Translations under genes and position numbers: made by a program
The notes under the pieces: generated by a model
Told to the model about the DNA's origin: nothing
The model's database searches: none
What the model saw: only the letters and a program-made list of their open reading frames with translations
Shown here: one piece after another, positions 29,514 through 38,093 of the stretch
Layout: each line of letters starts with the position of its first letter
Numbering within the stretch: the first letter of the stretch is position 1
NCBI GenBank assembly: GCA_002423615.1
Contig: DIKO01000063.1
Coordinates: 34,885 to 98,884 of the forward strand
Direction: 5' to 3'
Source: Desulfobacteraceae bacterium UBA5616
GTDB taxonomy: Bacteria; Desulfobacterota; Desulfobacteria; Desulfobacterales; UBA5616
DNA length: 64,000 nt

Positions 29514-30283
29514 CACAGGATGCAAAAACCATCAATATAACGCTCAAGGTTTGGCGGCAAAAAGGCCCGGGCGTAAAAGGAAAACTGGAGACCTATCAAG
29601 TCAATAACATTTCCACCCATATGTCTTTTCTGGAAATGCTCGATGTGGTGAACGAAGATCTGGCGGTCAACGGCAAGGAGCCCATTGAATTCGACAATGA
29701 CTGCCGTGAAGGCATCTGCGGAATGTGCGGCGCCGTTGTCAACGGCGCAGCCCACGGTCCCGGCAAAGGCATGACCCTCTGCCAGCTCCACATGCGCAAA
29801 TTTCAGAACGGGGACACCATCGTCGTGGAACCCTGGAGGGCAAGGGCCTTCCCGATCGTCAAGGACCTCATCGTGGATCGCAGCGCCCTGGACAGGATCA
29901 TCCAGGCCGGTGGATACGTATCCATAAACGCCGGCGGCGCCCCGGATGGTAATGCCGTTCCCATACCCCAGGAAATCGCCGAAAAAGCCATGGACGCCGC
30001 TGCCTGCATCGGCTGCGGCGCCTGTGTGGCCGCGTGTCCCAATGCGTCGGCCATGCTGTTTGTCAGTGCCAAGGTTTCCCAGCTCGCATTGCTTCCCCAG
30101 GGAAAACCGGAGGCTGCCAAACGCGCCCTGACCATGCTAAGACAGATGGATGACTGCGGTTTCGGAAACTGCTCCAATGAACGGGAATGTGAGGCCGTTT
30201 GCCCCAAGGAAATTTCCATTACCAATATTGCAAGGCTCAACAGAGAATATTTAAAGGCGGGTTTTTTCTCGGAATTTAAATAA
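29510..30283 (+). CDS. sdhB: Succinate dehydrogenase/fumarate reductase iron-sulfur subunit
   Basis: 2Fe-2S motif [10 protein letters not shown], 4Fe-4S motif [12 protein letters not shown], and third cluster [12 protein letters not shown]. 4-nt overlap with sdhA. Confidence 0.95.
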   Translation: MTQDAKTINITLKVWRQKGPGVKGKLETYQVNNISTHMSFLEMLDVVNEDLAVNGKEPIEFDNDCREGICGMCGAVVNGAAHGPGKGMTLCQLHMRKFQNGDTIVVEPWRARAFPIVKDLIVDRSALDRIIQAGGYVSINAGGAPDGNAVPIPQEIAEKAMDAAACIGCGACVAACPNASAMLFVSAKVSQLALLPQGKPEAAKRALTMLRQMDDCGFGNCSNERECEAVCPKEISITNIARLNREYLKAGFFSEFK

Positions 30284-30342
30284 GACACGGGGGGCAGCGG
30301 TTAAGGGTCTGGCAAAAGCCTCTCCCCCCTGCCCCTTTATCC

Positions 30343-31134
30343 CTAATCCTTGATCCGGTCCCTCTCCAGAACGATATTTTTTCTCAGGATATGCCTTGCG
30401 GTTTTTTCGAACTGAGCGGTGATATCCGAAACAAAGAGTCTGAACACGCCGTTTTTATCCAGATCCTTTTCCAGACCGGGGTGCCGGCCCAGATAGTCCT
30501 TGACCTTTTCGGATACGGCCAGGGAGGAATCGATAATGTTCACGCGTTTTCCGATTTTTCGGGCAATGATGGGTTTTAAAATCGGGTAGTGGGTGCATCC
30601 CAGGATAAGACTTTGAATCTTTCGCACTTTTAAAGGATGAAGGTATTTCTTCACGATCATCCGGGTTTCAGGCCTGTTCATCCACCCTTCCTCCACCAGA
30701 GGAACCAGCAAAGGACAGGCAGCTGAAAACACCCGGGCCTCAGGCATCTTTTCCTTGATCAGCCGCTCATAAACGCCGCTGTTGATGGTGGCCCGGGTAC
30801 CGATGACACCGATAGCGCTGGTCGAGGAACAATTCACCGCCATTTCCACCGCCGGGGTAATCACCTCGAATATGGGGACGTCGAATTTCGCCTGAACGTG
30901 CTGGGTGGCCAGACTAGAGGCCGTGTTGCAGGCCATCACGATGATTTTCGCCCCTTTTTTCAGCAGAAAGTCCGAATCTTCAAGGGAATAGTTGATCACC
31001 GTTCCCGGGCTTTTGCTGCCGTACGGCGTCCTGGCCGTATCCCCAAAGTATACGATATCATATCCGGGCAGACAATCCATCAGTGCCCGCGCCACCGTCA
31101 GCCCGCCGATACCCGAATCAAAAACGCCGATCAT
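30343..31134 (-). CDS. murI: Glutamate racemase
   Basis: IGVFDSGIGGLTV, catalytic Cys motifs MACNTAS and LGCTHYP. Confidence 0.95.
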   Translation of the reverse strand: MIGVFDSGIGGLTVARALMDCLPGYDIVYFGDTARTPYGSKSPGTVINYSLEDSDFLLKKGAKIIVMACNTASSLATQHVQAKFDVPIFEVITPAVEMAVNCSSTSAIGVIGTRATINSGVYERLIKEKMPEARVFSAACPLLVPLVEEGWMNRPETRMIVKKYLHPLKVRKIQSLILGCTHYPILKPIIARKIGKRVNIIDSSLAVSEKVKDYLGRHPGLEKDLDKNGVFRLFVSDITAQFEKTARHILRKNIVLERDRIKD

Positions 31135-31162
31135 GATCCTCTTCGCTCCCGTCCGTAAAATG

Positions 31163-31248
31163 CCGGTTGCCGGTTATTGGTTGTTTGTGTTATTGAAGCA
31201 TCATTATGCCCGGATACATCCAACCCGCAACCATCAGCCGGCAACCGG
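31163..31248. repeat. Interrupted inverted repeat (potential 86-nt stem-loop) in the murI / small-ORF divergent intergenic region
   Basis: CCGGTTGCCGG (31163-31173) is the exact reverse complement of CCGGCAACCGG (31238-31248). A second inner helix is TGGTTG (31178-31183) / CAACCA (31228-31233). The structure ends 17 nt before the ATG at 31266. Confidence 0.7.
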
Positions 31249-31265
31249 ATACTGAGGATTGAGTT

Positions 31266-31544
31266 ATGGGATCCAGCCACATTCATTCTTCCATCGACCA
31301 GAAAATATTCAAATCAGGGCTTTCCGTTGAAGCCATATCCCTTTATCTGCTTTTCTGCGGTCTGGCCGATGAAGGCCGCAGCATCACCACCCGGAACATC
31401 ATGGGGATCTGGAACGGCGGCGAGGATTCTGCAAACGCCGCTTTGAGCGAACTGGAAAAAAGAAACATCATCCAAAAAACACTTTCAGATGATGCGGAAA
31501 ACTGCGTTTATAGTCTCGTCGCCGGCGAAAACTGGGAGCTATGA
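31266..31544 (+). CDS. Hypothetical small protein (92 aa), possibly winged-helix-like
   Basis: Good RBS (GAGGA 7 nt before the ATG). The sequence ...SVEAISLYLLFCGLADEGRSITTRNI...ALSELEKRNIIQK resembles a wHTH recognition helix/wing. No family recognised. Confidence 0.55.
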   Translation: MGSSHIHSSIDQKIFKSGLSVEAISLYLLFCGLADEGRSITTRNIMGIWNGGEDSANAALSELEKRNIIQKTLSDDAENCVYSLVAGENWEL

Positions 31545-31955
31545 CTCCTTTTTCCCCTCCCCCTCCATGGCTTTTCTCACGCAACCCCGCACCACATCAT
31601 CGGGGAGGTCCGTTCGGATGCCCATACAGGCCCCCGCCATGATGTGCCAGTTGTTGACGTCGATCAGTACGGCTTTGATAAACGGCCACGCCTTGCACAT
31701 CGCGGGCTTCACCGGATGAATGGTGCAGACTTCTTTGAAAAACACGCACCATCCGCTTTCATCTACGGCGAGGACGGGTCGTCCACCGGATATCTGACAG
31801 TAATCCCGAACGAAGGTTTCGGCATCCACGTGAATATATCCCGCGATTTCGCGAATATTCTCCTCGGTAACAAAGGTGCCCCCGAAACCCTTACAGCATT
31901 CTCCGCATTTCTGACATTTGAAAATATCTTTCGGGCGCACCTTTTTATAAGGCAT
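31539..31955 (-). CDS. YkgJ-family cysteine-cluster protein (UPF0153)
   Basis: N-terminal CQKCGECCKGFGG (the CxxCxxCC motif) plus downstream Cys residues. Its start overlaps the recR stop by 11 nt. Confidence 0.8.
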   Translation of the reverse strand: MPYKKVRPKDIFKCQKCGECCKGFGGTFVTEENIREIAGYIHVDAETFVRDYCQISGGRPVLAVDESGWCVFFKEVCTIHPVKPAMCKAWPFIKAVLIDVNNWHIMAGACMGIRTDLPDDVVRGCVRKAMEGEGKKES

Positions 31956-32544
31956 AGCGCCCCTCCATGGCTCGCTTCAAAGTGACCTGGTCCACATATT
32001 TCAAGTCACCCCCCACGGGAATGCCCGAGGCAATCCGGGTCACTCTCACCGGAACCTGTTTCAGTCGATCCCGGATGAAAGACGCCGTGGCTTCGCCCTC
32101 GACACCGGTGCTGGTGGCCAGCACGACTTCTTCAATATTTTCGGTCCGTATCCGGTTCATCAGCTCGTTGAACCTTATATTTTCCGGCCCTATGCCGTCC
32201 ATGGGGGACAAAACGCCCTGAAGGATATGGTACCTTCCCCGGTAAGCCCCTGATTTTTCGACCGCAACCATATCCGCCGGCTGCTCGACGACACACAGCA
32301 CCCCGGCATTTCTGGCCGGATCGCCGCAGATATCGCACACCGGCTTGTCGCTCAGCCCGAAACACAGGGTGCACAGACGGATCTTTTCCTTGATGTCGAC
32401 GATGCTCCCGGCAAGCTGTTCAGCCTCGATCCTGGAGGAGCGGAGAATGTGAAGGGCCAGGCGCTCGGCGGTTTTCAGACCGATGCCGGGCAATCTGGAT
32501 ATATGGTTGATCAAGTTGACGATGGGCGAAGGGTAGTAATGCAT
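31945..32544 (-). CDS. recR: Recombination protein RecR
   Basis: LINHISRLPGIGLKTAERLALH (HhH), C4 zinc finger CTLCFGLSDKPVCDIC, Toprim domain (LCVVEQPADMVAVE). Confidence 0.96.
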   Translation of the reverse strand: MHYYPSPIVNLINHISRLPGIGLKTAERLALHILRSSRIEAEQLAGSIVDIKEKIRLCTLCFGLSDKPVCDICGDPARNAGVLCVVEQPADMVAVEKSGAYRGRYHILQGVLSPMDGIGPENIRFNELMNRIRTENIEEVVLATSTGVEGEATASFIRDRLKQVPVRVTRIASGIPVGGDLKYVDQVTLKRAMEGRYAL

Positions 32545-32581
32545 ATTCTTTTCCGATCGGTTTTTTTGCGCCCGGGGTTGA

Positions 32582-32890
32582 TCACAATCCGGGGATGTTC
32601 AATCCCCCGGTGAGTTTGCTCATTTCCGAGGACACCATCTCCTGGGATTTGGCCAGTGCGTCATTGACCGCGGCGAGGAGCAGGTCCTGGAGCATTTCAA
32701 CATCTTCGGGATCCACTACCTCTTTTTCAATGACAATGGATACGACCTGTTGCCTGCCGTTGGCCACCACCTTGACCATGCCGCCTCCGGAGCTGGTTTC
32801 AACGGTCTTTCCCCCGAGTTCCTCCTGCATCCTCATCATCTGAGCCTGGAGTTTCTGGGCCTGCTTCATCATGTTTCCCATTTTTTTCAT
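32582..32890 (-). CDS. ybaB: Nucleoid-associated protein YbaB/EbfC
   Basis: 102 aa: [22 protein letters not shown]...[12 protein letters not shown]... Sits in the classic dnaX-ybaB-recR order. Confidence 0.93.
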   Translation of the reverse strand: MKKMGNMMKQAQKLQAQMMRMQEELGGKTVETSSGGGMVKVVANGRQQVVSIVIEKEVVDPEDVEMLQDLLLAAVNDALAKSQEMVSSEMSKLTGGLNIPGL

Positions 32891-32958
32891 ATGCCGGTTC
32901 TCCCTATATCCGTTAAGACCCTTGATAAGTCATTTTTTCATGTTTCCTGAAAAAGCCT

Positions 32959-34626
32959 TCACAACAATTCCACATCCACAATTTTGCCCTTGAAAATTTC
33001 AACGACATCGGAAACCAGAGGATGGTTCAATGCCTCCTGTTTAAGATTTTTGACGGCGATGTTCTGTCTGCGCAAATCATTTTCACTTTCCTTTTCATCA
33101 AGGATGACCTTCATTTTTCCGGCGAAAAACGTATCACACACTTCCTGCAAAACGGCCATGTTTTTTTCGCGACGGATCATGCTGATGTTAAAAGAGTTGC
33201 CGTTCACTTCGATAACGACCTCCCCGGCAGTCAAGTCTTTGAGCCGGGAGTTCGTTAAACTGGCGGCTATGGAGGGATGGTCTTTTTGAATCCGATCAAA
33301 AAGACGTCCCCATATTTTCTCAAGATCCCGTTCCTCGCCGCGGCCTGCTTTTTCAGGAACATCACCAGCCGGATCCGGTTCGGGGGTAGCGGAAACCGCC
33401 ATACCCCCTTCAGGCGGGCATGCCGGGCCTCCGGCCGCAGCCTGGGATTTGTCGTTGACGGTCCGACCGTTATCCGGAATTTTAAGATCATTCCGCAGAT
33501 GATCCAGTTTTTCGATCAGTACATCAATGGGAAGAGCCGGCCTGACCTGCATCAGCCTGATAAAAACCAGTTCCAGGGCCAGCCGGGGCTGATCGGAATA
33601 CCGGATAGAGGACTCGGAATTGAACAGAAAATCCAGTATCTGATTGAGATAAGTCGGGGAAGCATCCTTCACCTGAAGGGCCAGCCGATCGATTTCATTT
33701 TTCGGAAGGTCCACCAGCTTACGGGCCTGTTCGCCCATTTTCACAACCATCAGATTTCTGAAATGGGCGATGATGTCGCCGTAGAGTTTTTTAACATCAT
33801 GCCCCCGTTCGTAAATTCCCTCAAAGATTTCCAGGATTCCGGGAATATTTTCTTCAAATACCGCCCGGGAGATATCGAACAGGTGTTTCCGGTCGACCAG
33901 ACCCAGTATATCGATGAGTTTTTCGTGGGTGACGTGGTCTTCGGAAAACGCCATCACCTGGTCCAGAAGGCTCAGGGCATCCCGCATGCTGCCGGCACCT
34001 TCCCGGGCGATGGCGGCAAGGCTCTCGTCATCGATGCTGACCCGCTCCCTGGTGCAAAGGTCTTTTAAATGCCCGATGATGGATTCGATATCGATCCGCT
34101 TCAGATCGTGTTTCTGGCATCGGGAAAGAATGGTCAACGGTATTTTGTGAGGCTCCGTTGTGGCCATCATGAACATGATGTGTTCCGGCGGTTCTTCCAG
34201 GGTCTTTAAGAGGGCGTTAAAAGCCGCCACACTGAGCATGTGGACTTCATCGATGATATAGATCTTATACCGGCTGTGCACCGGCATATATTTGATATTG
34301 CTCCTCAATTCCCGAACCTGGTCCACGCTGTTGTTGGATGCCCCGTCGATTTCAAAAACATCCGCGGCGTTTCCACTGGTAATTTCCACACAGGAACGGC
34401 AGACGTTGCAGGGGATTTTAGCAGGACCTTTTTCGCAATTCATGGCCTTGGCCAGGATCCGGGCGACAGTGGTCTTCCCGGTGCCCCGCGGTCCTGAAAA
34501 TAGAATCGCATGGGGAACCCGTCCGGCGGAAATGGCATTGGTCAGGGTCTGGGCGACATGGTCCTGACCGATGATTTCCTCAAATGTCTGTGGCCGGTAT
34601 TTCCTTGCCAGTACGAGGTACGACAT
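32959..34626 (-). CDS. dnaX: DNA polymerase III subunit gamma/tau
   Basis: LARKYRPQTFEEIIGQ, Walker A GPRGTGKTT, zinc module CEKGPAKIPCNVCRSC, DEVHML, SRCQ. Confidence 0.96.
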   Translation of the reverse strand: MSYLVLARKYRPQTFEEIIGQDHVAQTLTNAISAGRVPHAILFSGPRGTGKTTVARILAKAMNCEKGPAKIPCNVCRSCVEITSGNAADVFEIDGASNNSVDQVRELRSNIKYMPVHSRYKIYIIDEVHMLSVAAFNALLKTLEEPPEHIMFMMATTEPHKIPLTILSRCQKHDLKRIDIESIIGHLKDLCTRERVSIDDESLAAIAREGAGSMRDALSLLDQVMAFSEDHVTHEKLIDILGLVDRKHLFDISRAVFEENIPGILEIFEGIYERGHDVKKLYGDIIAHFRNLMVVKMGEQARKLVDLPKNEIDRLALQVKDASPTYLNQILDFLFNSESSIRYSDQPRLALELVFIRLMQVRPALPIDVLIEKLDHLRNDLKIPDNGRTVNDKSQAAAGGPACPPEGGMAVSATPEPDPAGDVPEKAGRGEERDLEKIWGRLFDRIQKDHPSIAASLTNSRLKDLTAGEVVIEVNGNSFNISMIRREKNMAVLQEVCDTFFAGKMKVILDEKESENDLRRQNIAVKNLKQEALNHPLVSDVVEIFKGKIVDVELL

Positions 34627-34699
34627 TATTTAACGTCCACTGTTTGAATTTCTGCGGGATCCGTCATCATGGAGGGACAGACAGTAAAACCGAATTGGG

Positions 34700-34793
34700 T
34701 GGCGGAGAGAGAGGGATTCGAACCCTCGGTGCAGCTTTTGACCGCACACACGATTTCCAGTCGTGCACCTTCGGCCAGCTCGGTCATCTCTCC
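34700..34793 (-). tRNA. tRNA-Ser (anticodon GGA), class II with long variable arm, CCA encoded
   Basis: The reverse complement reads GGAGAGATGACCGAGCTGGCCGAAGGTGCACGACTGGAAATCGTGTGTGCGGTCAAAAGCTGCACCGAGGGTTCGAATCCCTCTCTCTCCGCCA. It has a 7-bp acceptor stem, anticodon loop CUGGAAA, T-loop GGTTCGAATCC and a long extra arm. Confidence 0.93.
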
Positions 34794-34851
34794 ACATGAT
34801 CTTCAAAGTTAAATGGTCTTTACACTGCAACCGATCAAAAAATCAAGTATT

Positions 34852-34890
34852 GTTTCGCCATGCGAAACCAAAGAACCGGATTTTATCCGG
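34852..34890 (-). terminator. Two adjacent short hairpins, possible terminator of the crotonase gene
   Basis: GTTTCGC-cat-GCGAAAC (34852-34868) and CCGGAT-ttt-ATCCGG (34876-34890). On the minus strand the second is followed by TTCTTTGGTTT. The stems are short and lie about 130 nt downstream of the stop. Confidence 0.3.
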
Positions 34891-35018
34891 TGCCGTTTAT
34901 AAAATTATAAATTCAGGTAGTTAAGAGACAATCACCCAAACCTCCCGAAAATATGGGCTGGGTATATCACCCGGGAGGTAAGGGGTCAAGGATGAATTAA
35001 GGATGAAATCCCGATTTT

Positions 35019-35813
35019 TCATTTTCTGAAGCGATTGAAATCCGGAGGCCTTTTTTCCAGAAAAGCATCCACCCCTTCATGGGATTCGTCGGTTTTGTAA
35101 TACAGCTCGAGTGCCCGTTTGGACATGACATTGATGCCGTTGACATGGTCCGTGTCCGCATTGAAAGAGGCCTTTAAATACGACAGCGAATAAGGGGATT
35201 TTTCAAGGATTTCCCGGCACCACTCGTCAACCTCCTGACGGAGCTGCGGCTGGGGGACGACCTTGTTGACAAGGCCCATTTCCAGGGCCTCTTTTGCGGA
35301 ATACTGCCGGCACAGATACCATATCTCCCGTGCTTTTTTTTCACCGACGATTCTGGCCAGGTAAACGGTTCCGTAGCCCGCGTCGAAGCTCCCCACCCGG
35401 GGACCGGCCTGACCGAACCGGGCGTTGTCCGAAGCAATGGTCAGGTCGCATACCACCTGCAGAACATTGCCGCCGCCGATCGCATACCCGTTTACCATGG
35501 CGATAACGGGTTTGGGAATGCTGCGAATCATGTGAAGGACCTGGTCGTGGGCGTCGAGGAGTTCAAAAGCGGCCCTCCCTTTTCCATATCCCTCTCCGCT
35601 TTTGGTTTTCTGATCTCCGCCCGTGCAGAAGGCTTTATCACCCTTCCCCGTCAGCACCACCACGCCGACGGTCTTGTCCATCCAGGCATCCCTCAGGGCG
35701 TCATGCATTTCTTCCAGGGTCACTGCGGTAAATGCATTGTACCTTTCCTGCCGGTTGATGACGATTGTTGCAATGCCGTTGTTTTTTTCATAAAGGATAT
35801 CGTTGTATTCCAT
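35019..35813 (-). CDS. Crotonase-superfamily enzyme of the MenB (1,4-dihydroxy-2-naphthoyl-CoA synthase) / BadI type
   Basis: [28 protein letters not shown]...FCTGGDQK...[65 protein letters not shown]...KRPPDFNRF closely parallels MenB as I remember it. Start chosen at 35813 (GGGGG RBS), not the ORF-track start at 35927. Confidence 0.85.
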   Translation of the reverse strand: MEYNDILYEKNNGIATIVINRQERYNAFTAVTLEEMHDALRDAWMDKTVGVVVLTGKGDKAFCTGGDQKTKSGEGYGKGRAAFELLDAHDQVLHMIRSIPKPVIAMVNGYAIGGGNVLQVVCDLTIASDNARFGQAGPRVGSFDAGYGTVYLARIVGEKKAREIWYLCRQYSAKEALEMGLVNKVVPQPQLRQEVDEWCREILEKSPYSLSYLKASFNADTDHVNGINVMSKRALELYYKTDESHEGVDAFLEKRPPDFNRFRK

Positions 35814-36025
35814 CGGAAGCCCCCTTTTGAACTGATGGTCTTTCGGAAGTGTCGGTATTCTTTTCGAATGTTCCGCAAAGAATGAGAAATGAATGTTCCG
35901 TTCGGGAGAATGGTGATTGTCACCCAAAATATTTTAAAGTATAAGAATAAACCGAATGAGGTGTCAATACAATTGGAGAACCCGGGCCTGGGTGGTGGGA
36001 TGCCGCCATCGCATTTTATGGAGAA

Positions 36026-36613
36026 ATGAACATGAGTGAAGACAGGTTCAGTGAAGAAAAAGGGCAATTGCTGGTCAGGCTGGTAAGATCCACCATCGGC
36101 AGCCGGTTGAATGCGGATGTTAGCGAAATCAAACCAACGGCCGCGGATCTTGATGCACCCGAATTTCAGGAACACCGCGCCACCTTTGTCACGCTGCATA
36201 AAAACGGTGAGTTGCGGGGGTGCATCGGCAGCCTGTCGGCGGTGGAACCCCTGGCCGAAAGCGTTCGTCATAACGCCGTCAATGCCGCTTTCCGTGACCC
36301 CCGGTTCAAGCCATTGTCCCGGGAAGAACTGGACCGGGTGGATATCGAGGTGAGCATTCTGACCGAACCCCGGCCCCTTGACTACAGCGACGCCACGGAC
36401 CTGATTTCAAAGCTTCGGGCCGGCGTTGACGGCGTAATCCTCCGTAAAGGTCCTCACAGCGCCACGTTCCTTCCCCAGGTGTGGAATCAGTTACCGACCC
36501 CGGGGGAATTTTTATCCCACCTGTGCCGGAAAGCAGGGCTTCCGGGTGATGAATGGAAAAGGGCCCATTTGGATATATCGACCTATCAGGTTGAATATTT
36601 TGAAGAAAAATAA
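36026..36613 (+). CDS. AMMECR1-domain protein
   Basis: ATFVTLHKNGELRGCIGS...RDPRF.PL...L..V.IEVSILT is the AMMECR1 signature. Confidence 0.88.
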   Translation: MNMSEDRFSEEKGQLLVRLVRSTIGSRLNADVSEIKPTAADLDAPEFQEHRATFVTLHKNGELRGCIGSLSAVEPLAESVRHNAVNAAFRDPRFKPLSREELDRVDIEVSILTEPRPLDYSDATDLISKLRAGVDGVILRKGPHSATFLPQVWNQLPTPGEFLSHLCRKAGLPGDEWKRAHLDISTYQVEYFEEK

Positions 36614-36632
36614 TGAGCTGTTAGGAGCCGTT

Positions 36633-38093
36633 GTGAACATCACCGACCTTTCCAGATTAATGAACCCCCGGTCCATCGCTGTGATCGGGGCGAGCAACCG
36701 GGATGGATCGCCGGGGAAAATCATTTTTCACGGGCTTGCAAGCTCGCTGTGCAGACTCTATCCGGTACACCCGGTGGAAAAAGAGATTCTGGGTCATCCC
36801 GTGCTGTCTTCCGTGGATTTTCTTCCCCAGGATATCGATTTGGCCGTCATCACGGTCAATGCCAGGGAGGCGGTGAAGTCTGCCCTTGCCTGCGCCTCCA
36901 AAAGCATCCCCTTTATCATCATCGTATCTTCCGGGTTCGGAGAAACAGGTCCGGAAGGCAAGGCGCTTGAAACCCGGCTCAGGGAAATCCCCAAGCAGTT
37001 CCAAACCCGGATTCTGGGCCCCAACTCTCTGGGCATCTTCGTTCCTGCCGATCACCTGGATACGATCTTCGTCGAACACGGGGACAAAGCCTTAGCCAAC
37101 GGCGGCGGCGTTGCCTTTATCACCCAGAGCGGATCGGTCGGTGTGGAGGCGTTAGGACTGGCCAGCAATACCGGATTCGGAATGCGCGCCTTTGTGGGAC
37201 TGGGGAACAAGTGCGATCTGGATGAACTGGATTTTCTGCGCTATTTCTCCACCGACCCCGGAACGTCGTGCCTGGCCTTCTACCTGGAAAATATCGAACA
37301 CGGAATGGTTTTTCTCCGGGAAGCAAAAGCCATCGCCAAAACCAAACCCGTCGTCATCCTCAAGGCCGGGCGCACGCCGGGAGGGATACGGGCCGTGACC
37401 AGTCACACCGGCAGGATGGCCGGTACGGATAACATCCTCAACGGACTTTTTAAGCAATACGGCATCCTCCGGGCAATGGATGACGAGGAACTGTGCGATG
37501 CGGCGAAAACCTTTTCCATGCTGCCGCTGCCCGACGGCAACCGCGTGGCCGTTGTTACCCCCGCGGGCGGATTCGGGGTCGTCTGCGTGGATTATATCGA
37601 ATCCCGGCACCGGGGTATTGATCTTACGCTCGCCGAATTGCACCCCCGCACCGTTGACCGGATTCGCCGGGAAACGCTGCCTTTCGCGTCCTGCAACAAT
37701 CCCATCGACCTGACCGCCGGCGCCGACGATGCCATGTTCGGTTGCGCTCTGGATGCGCTCCTGGAAGACAGCGGGGTGGACATCATCATCTGCACCGCTT
37801 TTTTTGCGCCTCCTGCGGTTTCGGACCGCCTGATCGATAAAATTGCGGCACGGGTCCGCATGGGCCGAAAACCCATCATCGTCTTCACTCAGTACGGTCC
37901 GTTTACCGACCTGTACCTCAGGCGGATGCACAATGCCGGCGTCGTTGGATTTCCCTCGATTTCCAGGACTGTCCGCGCAGCGCGGTTTTTGGTGGAACGG
38001 CGGCGGAGCCTGGCCGGATCGGCCGTCCCCGCGGACAACCTGCCGATATCCAACGATTTAGAAAGCCACCGGAGCAATTATGATACCCATTGA
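36633..38093 (+). CDS. ADP-forming acyl/acetyl-CoA synthetase alpha subunit (CoA-binding + ligase-CoA domains)
   Basis: LMNPRSIAVIGASNRDGSPGK (CoA-binding Rossmann fold), GPNSLGI, ITQSGSVG, phosphohistidine loop VTSHTGRMAG. There is no ATP-grasp (beta) portion in the ORF. GTG start at 36633 with an AGGAG RBS is preferred over the ORF-track 36546, which overlaps AMMECR1. Confidence 0.8.
   Translation: MNITDLSRLMNPRSIAVIGASNRDGSPGKIIFHGLASSLCRLYPVHPVEKEILGHPVLSSVDFLPQDIDLAVITVNAREAVKSALACASKSIPFIIIVSSGFGETGPEGKALETRLREIPKQFQTRILGPNSLGIFVPADHLDTIFVEHGDKALANGGGVAFITQSGSVGVEALGLASNTGFGMRAFVGLGNKCDLDELDFLRYFSTDPGTSCLAFYLENIEHGMVFLREAKAIAKTKPVVILKAGRTPGGIRAVTSHTGRMAGTDNILNGLFKQYGILRAMDDEELCDAAKTFSMLPLPDGNRVAVVTPAGGFGVVCVDYIESRHRGIDLTLAELHPRTVDRIRRETLPFASCNNPIDLTAGADDAMFGCALDALLEDSGVDIIICTAFFAPPAVSDRLIDKIAARVRMGRKPIIVFTQYGPFTDLYLRRMHNAGVVGFPSISRTVRAARFLVERRRSLAGSAVPADNLPISNDLESHRSNYDTH

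Noticed and set aside
33277-34068. 263-aa plus-strand ORF antisense to dnaX. Similar antisense ORFs occur at 10156-10770 (rplM), 37152-37931 (ACD alpha), 40148-40762 (CBS gene) and 56709-57200 (trxA).
   Set aside because: All lie opposite genes with clear family signatures, and all lack RBS or motifs. They are treated as shadow ORFs.
34794-35018. Checked the tRNA-Ser flank for an integrated element (integrase, direct repeat of the tRNA 3' end).
   Set aside because: Only 225 nt of spacer with small hairpins, followed by a metabolic gene. There is no integrase and no duplicated tRNA fragment.
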